Assembly: GCA_963668715.1 (NCBI GenBank)
Contig: OY764960.1
Location: 2,511,602-2,575,601, forward strand
Source: Bacteroidales bacterium
GTDB taxonomy: Bacteria; Bacteroidota; Bacteroidia; Bacteroidales; VadinHA17
Length of the DNA stretch: 64,000 nucleotides
Direction of reading: 5' to 3'
The notes under the pieces are model-generated. The model did no database searches. It was not told the DNA's origin and saw only the letters and a program-made list of their open reading frames with translations. The translations under genes and the position numbers were made by a program. Below, one piece after another: positions 18,649-27,931 of this stretch (positions are counted from its first letter, which is position 1; every line of letters starts with the position of its first letter).

Positions 18649-19629
18649 TTATTTCCTGGTTTTTATTGCATCCTCGATAAGCAGGGAATAGAGTTCTCCG
18701 GGTATAATTCCGTATTCCTTCATTTGTTTGGGGACTATACTTTCTTCTGTGATGCCGGGGATTGTATTGACCTCAATAAATACCGGAGTCTGGTTTACCA
18801 CAATGAAATCAACCCTTACAAGTCCCTTGCAGTCAAGAAAGGATGCTATTTCGGAACTGGCTTTTTGTATTGCCTTTGTTATATGTTCAGGGAAGCGGGC
18901 GGGAGTAATCTCATCTGCCCGGGAAGGATCATATTTGGCTTCGAAATCAAAAAACTCATTCTTACTTACTATTTCTGTAACAGGCAGTACAATGTTTTTT
19001 TCTGATGTTCTGACCACTCCGCATGCTACTTCTGTTCCATCCATGTACTCTTCAACTAAAACCTGAGGACCTTCAGTCAGCGCCAGCCTGATAGCAGGTA
19101 ATATTTCATCTGTGGACTTAACCTTACTTACTCCGAAGCTGGATCCGCTTTCATTAGGTTTAATGAACATCGGAAGGCCGATCTCCTTCACGAGGGTGCC
19201 GGGATCAGGAATATTGTTGCTGTCAAATAATATCCATTTCGCCATGTTTATCCCATAATTGCCAAGAAAGGATTTACAGGCGTTTTTATTGAATGTAATT
19301 GCTGATGTATAGGCGCTGCATCCGGTATAGGGGATATTCATCAGATCGAAATAACCCTGTAACAATCCGTTTTCACCGGGAGTCCCGTGGATAGCGATAA
19401 AAACAGCGTCGAATCTTATTTCTCTGTCATGAAGCTCAATGCTGAAGTTGTTCCTGTCAATCCTGAAGGCCTGTCCCGAGTTGCTTTCCCAGTACCAGTC
19501 GGTGCCTTTTATCATGATAAGGTAGGTTTCATACATGCCTTCCAACGCCCTTTTTACTGCCTGAGCGCTTTTTACTGATATATCAAATTCGGAAGAGTTA
19601 CCTCCTGTAACAATTGCAATGGTCTTCAT
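18649..19629 (-). CDS. ddl: D-alanine--D-alanine ligase
   Basis: MKTIAIVTGGNSSEFDISVKSA, FIAIHGTPGENGLLQGYFDL, and ATP-grasp C-terminal half (VRVDFIV...FIEVNTIPG). Confidence 0.9.
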   Translation of the reverse strand: MKTIAIVTGGNSSEFDISVKSAQAVKRALEGMYETYLIMIKGTDWYWESNSGQAFRIDRNNFSIELHDREIRFDAVFIAIHGTPGENGLLQGYFDLMNIPYTGCSAYTSAITFNKNACKSFLGNYGINMAKWILFDSNNIPDPGTLVKEIGLPMFIKPNESGSSFGVSKVKSTDEILPAIRLALTEGPQVLVEEYMDGTEVACGVVRTSEKNIVLPVTEIVSKNEFFDFEAKYDPSRADEITPARFPEHITKAIQKASSEIASFLDCKGLVRVDFIVVNQTPVFIEVNTIPGITEESIVPKQMKEYGIIPGELYSLLIEDAIKTRK

Positions 19630-19709
19630 TACTGTACCTGTGATTTATTTTGATCCAAATATAAGAAATCCCTGGCTTATGGATAGAATGACAGATTGAC
19701 AGGTAAGAA

Positions 19710-19790
19710 AGGGATCAGGGATTAGGGATTAGGGATCAGGGATCAGGGATTAGGAAAAACAACTATATAATCCTTTTGTCCTTCGTCGTT
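19710..19790. repeat. Mosaic intergenic repeat, locus E (short)
   Basis: Six tandem GGGATYA heptamers (19711-19752) plus the pyrimidine-rich CCTTTTGTCCTTCGTCGTT (19772-19790), 8 bp from the rluD stop. Confidence 0.7.
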
Positions 19791-19798
19791 GGTTAAAT

Positions 19799-20830
19799 TT
19801 AAACCATTTCCCTGCCTGCAATATAACCGCGCCATTTTTCCAGGAGCTGCGCCATGTCATCAGGCATATCCGACTCAAACTCCATTCGCGTTCCTGTTAC
19901 CGGATGGTTAAATGAGAGATATTTTGCATGCAAGGCCTGCCTCGGTAATATATTGAAGCAATTTCTGATGAATTGCTGGTATTTTGTAAAAGTGGTTCCC
20001 CGTAATATTTTGTCCCCTCCATAATCCCGGTCATTGAACAGAGGATGACCTATATGACTCATATGCACTCTTATCTGATGAGTCCTCCCTGTTTCAAGCT
20101 CACATTCTATAAGTGACACATACGAAAGATCTTCAAGTAATCTGAAATGAGTAATTGCAGGTTTGCCTTCACTGGAATCGGGGAATACATGCATTATCTT
20201 ACGGTTGCGGGGGCTTCTGCCGATATTACCTTCTATTGTCCCTTTATTTCCGGGATTACCCCATACCAGCGCAGTATATCTTCTCCCTGTACTATGTTCA
20301 TAGAATTGTTTTCCCAGTTTGTTAAGGGCATATTCGGTTTTTGCTACAACAAGAAGACCTGAAGTATTTTTGTCTATCCGGTGTACCAGGCCAGGCCGTA
20401 TCTCACCGCTATTGAACATGGGCAGATCACTGAAATGGTACAAAAGGGCATTAACAAGGGTGCCGTTATAGTTTCCGAAGCCGGGATGTACAACCATCCC
20501 CGCTTCCTTATTTACTACAAGCAGATCATCGTCTTCGAATACTATATTAAGGCGAATCTCTTCAGGTAATATCTCTGTTTCATGTGGAGGGTGCGTAAGC
20601 AGTATCTGTATCACATCACCGGGTTTGACCTTATAACTCGGCTTTACCGGCTCGTTGTTAACCACAATATTTCCTGCAATGGCTGCGCTCTGAATACGTG
20701 TACGCGAGGCATTTTCAATCCGGTTAACGAGGAATTTATCTATTCTTAATGGTTTTTGTCCCGGATCTGTTTCAATACGGTAATGTTCGAACAGTTCATT
20801 ATTATCAATGTTTTCAGGAACAGCATTCAT
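19799..20830 (-). CDS. rluD: RluA/RluD-family 23S rRNA pseudouridine synthase
   Basis: S4-like N-terminus (RIDKFLVNRI...SRTRIQ). Catalytic motif HRIDKNTSGLLVVAK. QIRVHM near the C-terminus. Confidence 0.9.
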   Translation of the reverse strand: MNAVPENIDNNELFEHYRIETDPGQKPLRIDKFLVNRIENASRTRIQSAAIAGNIVVNNEPVKPSYKVKPGDVIQILLTHPPHETEILPEEIRLNIVFEDDDLLVVNKEAGMVVHPGFGNYNGTLVNALLYHFSDLPMFNSGEIRPGLVHRIDKNTSGLLVVAKTEYALNKLGKQFYEHSTGRRYTALVWGNPGNKGTIEGNIGRSPRNRKIMHVFPDSSEGKPAITHFRLLEDLSYVSLIECELETGRTHQIRVHMSHIGHPLFNDRDYGGDKILRGTTFTKYQQFIRNCFNILPRQALHAKYLSFNHPVTGTRMEFESDMPDDMAQLLEKWRGYIAGREMV

Positions 20831-20836
20831 TACCGT

Positions 20837-22693
20837 TTAATATTTAATAAACCTGTTGTATCCCAGATCAGAACTGCCTGATCTGGCCTTAATAAAGTAT
20901 ATCCCGGGCTGAAGCGCTGATACATCGATTGTTTCCGTATACTCACGCGAGATAATCAAACGTCCGCTACTGTCGAAGATATCAAGAGTACAATCACCGG
21001 GCTTATACTCTGACTCACGGATTTCAATATTCAGGATCAATGAAGCCGGGTTCGGCCAGATATGCAGTATTTTTGCCTGATCCCGGGTTATTATATCAAT
21101 CCCTGAGACTGCAGTTTTTTCCCCGGTTACAGGTCTTATCATCAGACTTCCTGATACCTCCGACTCTTGCCATGATCCGTTAATATAATAATGTCTTTTA
21201 CCATGGTGAGGTGTATTCATATCCAGGCTTGCATTAAGAAATGTTTCCGTTCTTTGGACCCATCCCACATGAAAATATCCTTCAACCGGAAGCGGATCGT
21301 TCAGATCATATCTGATAAAACCGTTAATGCTTTCACCCGGATCCACCATTTCTTCCTGTTCAAGCAGAAGGTCTCCCGGTATTCCGTTATTATCGTTCCA
21401 TACCGCCAGGTCAAAATACCTCCGGTTCGAAGATTCATAGCTATCATTAAATGCGATAAATACCGCCCTGAGAGTATCCTTTAAGAATGTTCTGAACCTG
21501 GTTGCTGCCATTGCGTTTGACGCTCCCTGTCCGTTTATACCATAACCGCTTTCGGCTGAACCGTCATCATAAGAGAAATAGTTACTGAATACTTGGTAAT
21601 AATCAATTGTGTCATTAATCTTTCGGTCAAACTCATCGGTTGTCAGTATCGATCTTATCCTGAATAATGCAGAATCGGTAAATGATGAATTAAAGGTATA
21701 TATAAGATTAGCGTCATAAGATATCCACTCTCCGGGATCTATATTTGTTGCACCGGCAGAAAAGCTGTGAACGTCAGCATCTTCGTATATATCGGTAATA
21801 ATAAAACTACGTGTAACATTCCGGATCACCTTGTCGTTATTTCTGTAATTAATTTTTACAGATGATCCCATTTCCGATAAGAAAATCTGTCTGAATTGAT
21901 TCCATGGCATTGATTCGTAGGTGTTTAATACGGATCGTATTGGCGAAGTAAAGGTGACATCCTCAGCTATGGTATCTGCCGGGTCTCTGTTTCTATCCAG
22001 GTAAATATAGTCGATATTCCACTGGTCGGCATTACCTGCCATTGCAGGATCGCTCAATGTTGAACTCAAACTGGCATAATTGATAAATCTGAATCTGAAT
22101 CCTTTTTTCAGATAATCAGGATCTTCTATTTTAATTATCACAGGTTTAAAGTTATGAACCACAGTTCCTTCTGCTTTCCAGACGCTTTTCCAGATATCAC
22201 CTGTGACGGAATAAAATTGTAATACAAGACTGTCTTTAATCTCAGGAGGGTCGCCTGTTCCCTGTGGCTGGTAAAAAAAACTAAGGTATATATTTTCAGC
22301 AGGATCCAGTTCCATGTTGAGAGGCACAGACGTAAGCCTGTCGGCTTCGAATTGATAAGTTTCGGCTTCTTCATACAGGAGACCCATATTATTAAGGGCG
22401 TCAAAAGTAGCAACACCCTGACTGACAGGGTTCAGGCAAAAGGTGTTGTTAACAAAGACATCATTGTCAGTCCATCTGGTTTCCTGTGGCCAGGGTCCTT
22501 CATCAGTAAAATCTTCGAAAAAGGGCAGGTCCAGTGTGTCCGGGGGATTTAATGATTTTGTACTTGCCTTTTGTTCGTACTTTTTATTTATTTCAGGATT
22601 TATGATCAGGCCTGTTACTATTTCCTGGCTGTATCCCTTAAATATACAAGCGATAAATAGAAATCCGGCAAGATGTATCCTGCGAAAAATCAT
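20837..22693 (-). CDS. Secreted protein of unknown function with T9SS type-A C-terminal sorting domain
   Basis: Signal peptide, an LPFFEDF-type N-terminal motif, and a C-terminal Por secretion tail (LHIWPNPASLILNIEI...LQPGIYFIKARSG). Confidence 0.7.
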   Translation of the reverse strand: MIFRRIHLAGFLFIACIFKGYSQEIVTGLIINPEINKKYEQKASTKSLNPPDTLDLPFFEDFTDEGPWPQETRWTDNDVFVNNTFCLNPVSQGVATFDALNNMGLLYEEAETYQFEADRLTSVPLNMELDPAENIYLSFFYQPQGTGDPPEIKDSLVLQFYSVTGDIWKSVWKAEGTVVHNFKPVIIKIEDPDYLKKGFRFRFINYASLSSTLSDPAMAGNADQWNIDYIYLDRNRDPADTIAEDVTFTSPIRSVLNTYESMPWNQFRQIFLSEMGSSVKINYRNNDKVIRNVTRSFIITDIYEDADVHSFSAGATNIDPGEWISYDANLIYTFNSSFTDSALFRIRSILTTDEFDRKINDTIDYYQVFSNYFSYDDGSAESGYGINGQGASNAMAATRFRTFLKDTLRAVFIAFNDSYESSNRRYFDLAVWNDNNGIPGDLLLEQEEMVDPGESINGFIRYDLNDPLPVEGYFHVGWVQRTETFLNASLDMNTPHHGKRHYYINGSWQESEVSGSLMIRPVTGEKTAVSGIDIITRDQAKILHIWPNPASLILNIEIRESEYKPGDCTLDIFDSSGRLIISREYTETIDVSALQPGIYFIKARSGSSDLGYNRFIKY

Positions 22694-22704
22694 CAGGTAT
22701 TATA

Positions 22705-23550
22705 TTAGTTTATCATTTCCGGCATCACAAGGAGCGTGTCGGTTAAATTTATCATTGTTGAATCAACGGGTAGTTTAGCTGAGTCTGTTGTCATCCAGAC
22801 ATAGATGGCAGAACCCAGTTGGAGAGTTGATCCTTCAGAATATTTGGGATTTTGCTTAAAAACAAAAGCAATTGTGCTGTCTTCGGCAGTAATAATGGTG
22901 TTGTCAAAGGTAAAGGTTCCGATATTTAATGAAGCTGCGAGTATTCTTTCCCTTGCTTTATCAATGTTTAATCCTGTGAGATCAGGCACCTGTGTTCTTA
23001 TGTTACTGAGCCCTTTGCCAAGTACCAGGTCGATGACCGAGCCTTTCTGGATTGAGTCGCCCGGTTCTACAGACTTCCCGTGATATAGCTGTTCGAGTAC
23101 ATAATCGACAGCAAGGTCCGGCTTATAATTAAGTTTGCCTATCTCAAGGCCGGAGCTCTCTATAAGTGCCAGAGCCTGCCGCTTAGAGAGTTCAAGAAGG
23201 TTGGGCATCTCTACCATTTCCGGGTTATAAGCATTAATCGTTACCACTATTCTTCTGTTCTTTTTTACTTCAAAGCCGGGGACAGGATTCTGCTCAACCA
23301 CACAGCCTCTTGCAGCTATATTGGTATATACCGAATCTATTACCTGAAATCTCATTTTATTGCGCTTTACGGTTTTCTCTGCTTCCTCAACGCTTAAACC
23401 AAAGAGGTCGGGAACAGATCGTTTTTGTCCGTGCCTGGTAAAAATACTGAGCCACAGTAAAGTAAGGAAAACAATAACTATGCCTGTGGCTATTGCCAGT
23501 CCGAGGTTTTTAAAGAAATCCTTGCTGATAAGGAATTTTTTCAGGCTCAT
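22705..23550 (-). CDS. PASTA domain-containing membrane protein
   Basis: N-terminal TM helix followed by three about 65-aa PASTA-like repeats (VPDLFGLS.EEA..., MPNLLELSKRQA..., VPDLTGLNIDKAR...). Confidence 0.75.
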   Translation of the reverse strand: MSLKKFLISKDFFKNLGLAIATGIVIVFLTLLWLSIFTRHGQKRSVPDLFGLSVEEAEKTVKRNKMRFQVIDSVYTNIAARGCVVEQNPVPGFEVKKNRRIVVTINAYNPEMVEMPNLLELSKRQALALIESSGLEIGKLNYKPDLAVDYVLEQLYHGKSVEPGDSIQKGSVIDLVLGKGLSNIRTQVPDLTGLNIDKARERILAASLNIGTFTFDNTIITAEDSTIAFVFKQNPKYSEGSTLQLGSAIYVWMTTDSAKLPVDSTMINLTDTLLVMPEMIN

Positions 23551-23668
23551 AATTCAGGTTTATTTAAATAGTAACGTTTCGGCAAAGATAAAATTATATA
23601 AAGATTGTTTAATCATCCCGAAACCTAAGATTCGGTATTTCATAGTTAAAGTGTTTGAATTGTATATA

Positions 23669-24766
23669 TCACCACTCTTTAACAACCTTGTAAACCGTGT
23701 CTCTTTCAACCGGACGAAAACCTGCATCAGTAATGAGTTTACATATATCTTCCGTCGTCATTGACGGATTCTGATCTTTCGCACCGGCCATTGAGTATAT
23801 CTTTGTAGTATCATCTATGGTCCCGTCAACATCATCAACTCCAAATGAAAGTGCAATCTGAGTCGACCCCTTACCCAGCGCCGGCCAGTAAGCCTTAATA
23901 TGTGGAAAGTTATCAAGAAAGAGACGGGATACGGCATAATTCTTCATGTCTTCGAGGATGTTTACTTCACCGTAATGCTGCATCCTGTTGTTTTCCATCC
24001 TGAATTTAAGAGGTATGAATGAATTAAAGCCGCCTGTTTTATCCTGCAGACTGCGGAGCCGGTCCATATGATCTATCCTGTGCTCGTATGTTTCCATATG
24101 TCCGTATAAAATGGTAGCATTCGAAGGTAACCCTGCCTTATGTGCTTCTTCATGTATCTTCAGCCACATATCTGAAGATGATTTATCCCCGCAGATTATT
24201 GACCTGATTTTTTCATCGAATATTTCGGCTCCTCCTCCCGGAATTGACCCCAGCCCGCATTTTTTGAGTTTTAGCAGACCGTCCCTGATGCTCAAACCGG
24301 ATTTTGCAATAATATAGTCGAGTTCGATTGCTGAAAATGCTTTTATGTGCAATTCCGGCCTGTGCTTTTTTATCATTTCAAGTATACGGCAATAGTATTC
24401 TATATTGTGTCCGGGATGCACACCTCCTACGATATGTACTTCAGTTACCGGTTTGTTATCAAAATTTCTGACTATATCAAGTATTTCTTCCGGACTGTAA
24501 TTCCATGCTTCAGGACTGTCTGCCGGTTTTCTGTACGAACAGAATTCACAATTGTGTATACAGATATTTGTAGGCTCGATGTGAAAATTACGGTTAAAAT
24601 ACACTTTGTTCCCGTTCTTCTTTTTTCTCACCATATCAGCCATATAACCCAGTAGCCCCAGGTTGCCGGAGTTATATAGCATAAGTCCTTCTTCAGGACT
24701 GATCCTTGTTTCTTCCCTTATCTTTTTATATATAGTCTTAAGTTCAGATGGAATATTTTCTGTCAT
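23669..24766 (-). CDS. Radical SAM menaquinone (futalosine pathway) enzyme, MqnE/MqnC (CofH-like) family
   Basis: CxxxCxxC cluster motif (CIHNCEFCSY) in the family-typical context FNRNFHIEPTNIC. 365 aa. I cannot discriminate MqnE from MqnC by eye. Confidence 0.7.
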   Translation of the reverse strand: MTENIPSELKTIYKKIREETRISPEEGLMLYNSGNLGLLGYMADMVRKKKNGNKVYFNRNFHIEPTNICIHNCEFCSYRKPADSPEAWNYSPEEILDIVRNFDNKPVTEVHIVGGVHPGHNIEYYCRILEMIKKHRPELHIKAFSAIELDYIIAKSGLSIRDGLLKLKKCGLGSIPGGGAEIFDEKIRSIICGDKSSSDMWLKIHEEAHKAGLPSNATILYGHMETYEHRIDHMDRLRSLQDKTGGFNSFIPLKFRMENNRMQHYGEVNILEDMKNYAVSRLFLDNFPHIKAYWPALGKGSTQIALSFGVDDVDGTIDDTTKIYSMAGAKDQNPSMTTEDICKLITDAGFRPVERDTVYKVVKEW

Positions 24767-24886
24767 GACGAGTTTTTAAATATGGAAGGTAAAGTTAATA
24801 AGGTTTATAATGAAAATGAATTCGATATCCGGTATTATCCTTTATATACCATAAGATACTATTAATACAGGCTTTGATTTTTAAAC

Positions 24887-24920
24887 AAAAAAAAGTGCCT
24901 GGCAATTGCAAAGCACTTTA
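24887..24920 (-). terminator. Rho-independent terminator downstream of rpmH
   Basis: The minus strand reads AAAGTGC-tttgcaattgccag-GCACTTT followed by a run of 8 T. It starts about 25 nt after the rpmH stop. Confidence 0.6.
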
Positions 24921-24943
24921 GTTGTAAGGTGTGAGGTTAAATA

Positions 24944-25102
24944 TTACCTTTTATGTTTTGGTTCGTCTGAAACAGTAAGTTTCTTTCTTCTTTTGGCGCG
25001 ACGCCTTGCCAGAACTTTCTTCCCGTTAACCGTTGACATCCTTTCCCTGAATCCGTGTTTGTTAGCTCTTTTTCTTCTTGAAGGCTGAAATGTTCTTTTC
25101 AT
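24944..25102 (-). CDS. rpmH: 50S ribosomal protein L34
   Basis: [44 protein letters not shown]. The start is set at the internal ATG at 25102, not the track start at 25147. Confidence 0.9.
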   Translation of the reverse strand: MKRTFQPSRRKRANKHGFRERMSTVNGKKVLARRRAKRRKKLTVSDEPKHKR

Positions 25103-25194
25103 CTTATTATAGCTTTCTAAAAACTTTCTATTTTGATCGAGGTGCAAAATTAATCATATTTTTTGAATAACAAAAAGAATAATATGCAGTTTAT

Positions 25195-25446
25195 GATGGA
25201 ACACTGGAACACTGGAGTGCTGGGGTGATGGTAAATAGAAGGAAATAAGAATTAGGGATTAGATTAAGAAATGACAAGTGACATCTGTCTGGCAGTCTCC
25301 AGTCCACAAGTTAATTTGTATATTGGTGTATTGGTATATTGGGTTGAACTGAAAAACTTATTTAAACTCATTCTCAACTTTCTCAACCTTTTAAACCCTT
25401 CCGCCTTCCGCCTTTTGTCTTTAGCCTTTTGTCGTTTGTCGTTTTT
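25195..25446. repeat. Mosaic intergenic repeat, locus F
   Basis: GGAACACTGGAACACTGGAGTGCTGG words; TTAGGGATTAG; GGCAGTCTCCAGTCCACAAGTTAATTTGTATATTGGTGTATTGGTATATTGG; AAACTCATTCTCAACTTTCTCAACCTTTTAAAC; CCTTCCGCCTTCCGCCTTTTGTCTTTAGCCTTTTGTCGTTTGTCG, which overlaps the rsmG 3' end. Confidence 0.85.
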
Positions 25447-26068
25447 CAGACGCCGGCATATATACAATTTTTTTTTCGCTGAAGTACTCTTCTTCGAAAT
25501 ATTCATTCAGATTAAGTATAATGCAGCGTGGAAATTTTATGAGCTCGTCTTTCAGGTCTCCTCCTTTCAAAATTATCAGACCGTTTGGCATGTTATTGAA
25601 TGATTGTCTGCTGATTTTCCCGGAGGTCCACTTAAAAAGAGCTTCAAATGGAGCAACTGCACGGCTGACAACAAAATCGACCTCTCCTGGCATGTCTTCA
25701 ATCCTGTTCCATGCTGTTGAAACGTTAACAAGACCCAACCTGTTTTTTATATCGTCAACTGCATTGATCTTTTTTCTGACTGAATCTGCCAGTATGAAAT
25801 TACATTCGGGAAATACTATTGCAAGAGGTATTCCCGGGAATCCTCCCCCGGTGCCTGCATCGAGGACGTTTGTTCCGGCTTTAAAGCTTATAAAACGGCT
25901 TATGGCGAGTGAATGTATGATATGATGAAGGGTAAAATTATCCATATCTTTTCTGGAGATAAGATTAAGCCTGGTATTCCAGTCGGAGTAGAGCCTGTTA
26001 AGGCTTTCAAGCATTATCAACTGTTTATCTGTCAGACAGGTAAAATACTTTTTTAACAGCTTGTTCAC
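25421..26068 (-). CDS. rsmG: 16S rRNA (guanine527-N7)-methyltransferase RsmG (GidB)
   Basis: LNLISRKDMDNFTLHHIIHSL and the SAM motif VLDAGTGGGFPGIPLAI. The last about 8 codons and the stop lie in repeat locus F. Confidence 0.9.
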   Translation of the reverse strand: MNKLLKKYFTCLTDKQLIMLESLNRLYSDWNTRLNLISRKDMDNFTLHHIIHSLAISRFISFKAGTNVLDAGTGGGFPGIPLAIVFPECNFILADSVRKKINAVDDIKNRLGLVNVSTAWNRIEDMPGEVDFVVSRAVAPFEALFKWTSGKISRQSFNNMPNGLIILKGGDLKDELIKFPRCIILNLNEYFEEEYFSEKKIVYMPASEKRQTTKG

Positions 26069-26661
26069 TATATATTATCGGTCTTGTTAAGGATATTGTA
26101 TAACAGTTCCTTTGCCCTGAATATCTGGGCTTTTACTGTACCTAGCGGAAGTTTCAGCTCATTAGCTATTTCCTCATAGGAATATTCCTTGAAATATCTT
26201 AGTTCAATAAGTTGCCTGTATTTGGGTTTGAGTTGATTGACAACATTGGTGAGATGTTTGATTTTTTGTTTTTTCATCATTTCCTCTTCAGGCCCCGGCA
26301 TATCCGACTGAAGATTTGACGCCGGGTCATCCTGCTCATCCTGTTGTTCAATGGCTGTCGGCACCGATTTCTTTTTTCTTATAAAATCAATACAGTTGTT
26401 GGTGGCTATTCTGAACAGCCAGGTACTGAATGCATAGGTCGGGGTGTAAAGATGAATATTCTTGAATGCCTTACCGAACGCTTCTATAGTCAGATCATCA
26501 GCATCAGACGGATTATTGACCATTTTTAACAGCATGTAATATATTGAATCGCGATACCTGTTCATCAGTTCGGCAAAAGCTTTTTCATCGCCTTCGACTG
26601 CCAGGTTTACCATGCGCAGATCATATTGAGCTTTTTCTGAGAAATCAGGGTTTATTTCCAT
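26068..26661 (-). CDS. ECF-type RNA polymerase sigma factor
   Basis: Region 2: DADDLTIEAFGKAF...STWLFRIATNNCIDFIRKKK. Region 4: YRQLIELRYFKEYSYEEIANELKLPLGTVKAQIFRAKELL. Confidence 0.8.
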   Translation of the reverse strand: MEINPDFSEKAQYDLRMVNLAVEGDEKAFAELMNRYRDSIYYMLLKMVNNPSDADDLTIEAFGKAFKNIHLYTPTYAFSTWLFRIATNNCIDFIRKKKSVPTAIEQQDEQDDPASNLQSDMPGPEEEMMKKQKIKHLTNVVNQLKPKYRQLIELRYFKEYSYEEIANELKLPLGTVKAQIFRAKELLYNILNKTDNI

Positions 26662-27785
26662 TCGTAATACTGATGTCTGTTAAAGGCAACGTTAGATAAA
26701 AAGAAAACATTCAGAAAAGGTGAAAAAATGTCAAACAATAACGAAAATACTAATAAATCCGTTTCCTTCAAATTCTTTTGTCCCAGTCCCAGTATTAGCA
26801 GTTTGCTTAAGATAACCACCGGTGCGGCTATTACAGCAAATATAAATAATCCGGGATTAAGTAATAAAACAACAGTCAGAGCATAAAATATCAGTCTGGA
26901 AACAGGCTCGGCAATCAGTAGCAGCTTTGTTATGCCCCGGTAGCGCGGGGCAGTAGACATATGCCTGGTTTTTTGTTTTATAAATTCTTTCCATGAGGAA
27001 GAAGGTACTGAGCGTGTAAATGACTCGGTTGCCAGGTTAACACGAGTGTTGTTTTTATTTGCCAGCTGATTTACGAACAGGTCATCATCTCCCGACTGCA
27101 GGTTCAGATGAGCTCCGAACCCTTTATTGTTCATAAAAGCCGACTTTCTGTAAGCCAGGTTTCTTCCTACTCCCATATACGGAAGTCCTGCCATTGCCAT
27201 ACCTGTATACTGTATCGCTATGAAGCTTGTATCATACCTGATATATTTGTTGAGTAATCCTTTTTCCTGGAGGTATCCGCCGTATCCGAGAGCAAAATCT
27301 GTTTTTTTGACAAAAGTAGATGCAAGCTGTGATATCCAGTTTGCAGAGACGGGCTGACAGTCTGCATCAGTAAGCAGAAGCAGATCGTTTTTTGCAGCCT
27401 TGATGCCCAGGAAAAGAGCCATCTTTTTACTGTGACGCAGACTTGATTCCTTATGTATAGTTGTTATTTTAAGATTATCATATTCAGAGGAAAGGCATTT
27501 AAGAATGTCTTCACTGTCATCATCGGAACAGTCATTAACGACTATTACTTCGTAATCATGATAATCCTGTTCAAGTACTGAGGGAAGAAAGGTTTTCAGA
27601 TTATTAGCCTCATCCCGTGCACATATAATAACCGAGACAGGTTCAGCTTTCCTTTTGCGTATCCGGTGTTTGTAAAAGGCAGAACGGGAATAAAACAGAA
27701 AATAATACAATAACTGCACTAATGCAGACAGTCCGAATACTGCCAGTAATATTGTCTCCTTTAATATTAAATGAAGCTCAGGCAT
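26652..27785 (-). CDS. Family 2 glycosyltransferase, membrane-anchored
   Basis: VSVIICARDEANNL...YEVIVVNDCSDDDS...LTDADC (DxD region). N- and C-terminal TM helices. Confidence 0.8.
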   Translation of the reverse strand: MPELHLILKETILLAVFGLSALVQLLYYFLFYSRSAFYKHRIRKRKAEPVSVIICARDEANNLKTFLPSVLEQDYHDYEVIVVNDCSDDDSEDILKCLSSEYDNLKITTIHKESSLRHSKKMALFLGIKAAKNDLLLLTDADCQPVSANWISQLASTFVKKTDFALGYGGYLQEKGLLNKYIRYDTSFIAIQYTGMAMAGLPYMGVGRNLAYRKSAFMNNKGFGAHLNLQSGDDDLFVNQLANKNNTRVNLATESFTRSVPSSSWKEFIKQKTRHMSTAPRYRGITKLLLIAEPVSRLIFYALTVVLLLNPGLFIFAVIAAPVVILSKLLILGLGQKNLKETDLLVFSLLFDIFSPFLNVFFLSNVAFNRHQYYEWK

Positions 27786-27931
27786 ATTATTCTTTTTTCT
27801 GCGGCAATATTAATAAGTTTGCCGAATCCAAACAATAATATAATGATTATTGCAAAGGATATTTTTATGCTAATTTTCAAAGACAGAATCTTAGCATTAC
27901 TTTTGTTCAATAAAAATAGTAGTATCCGGAA

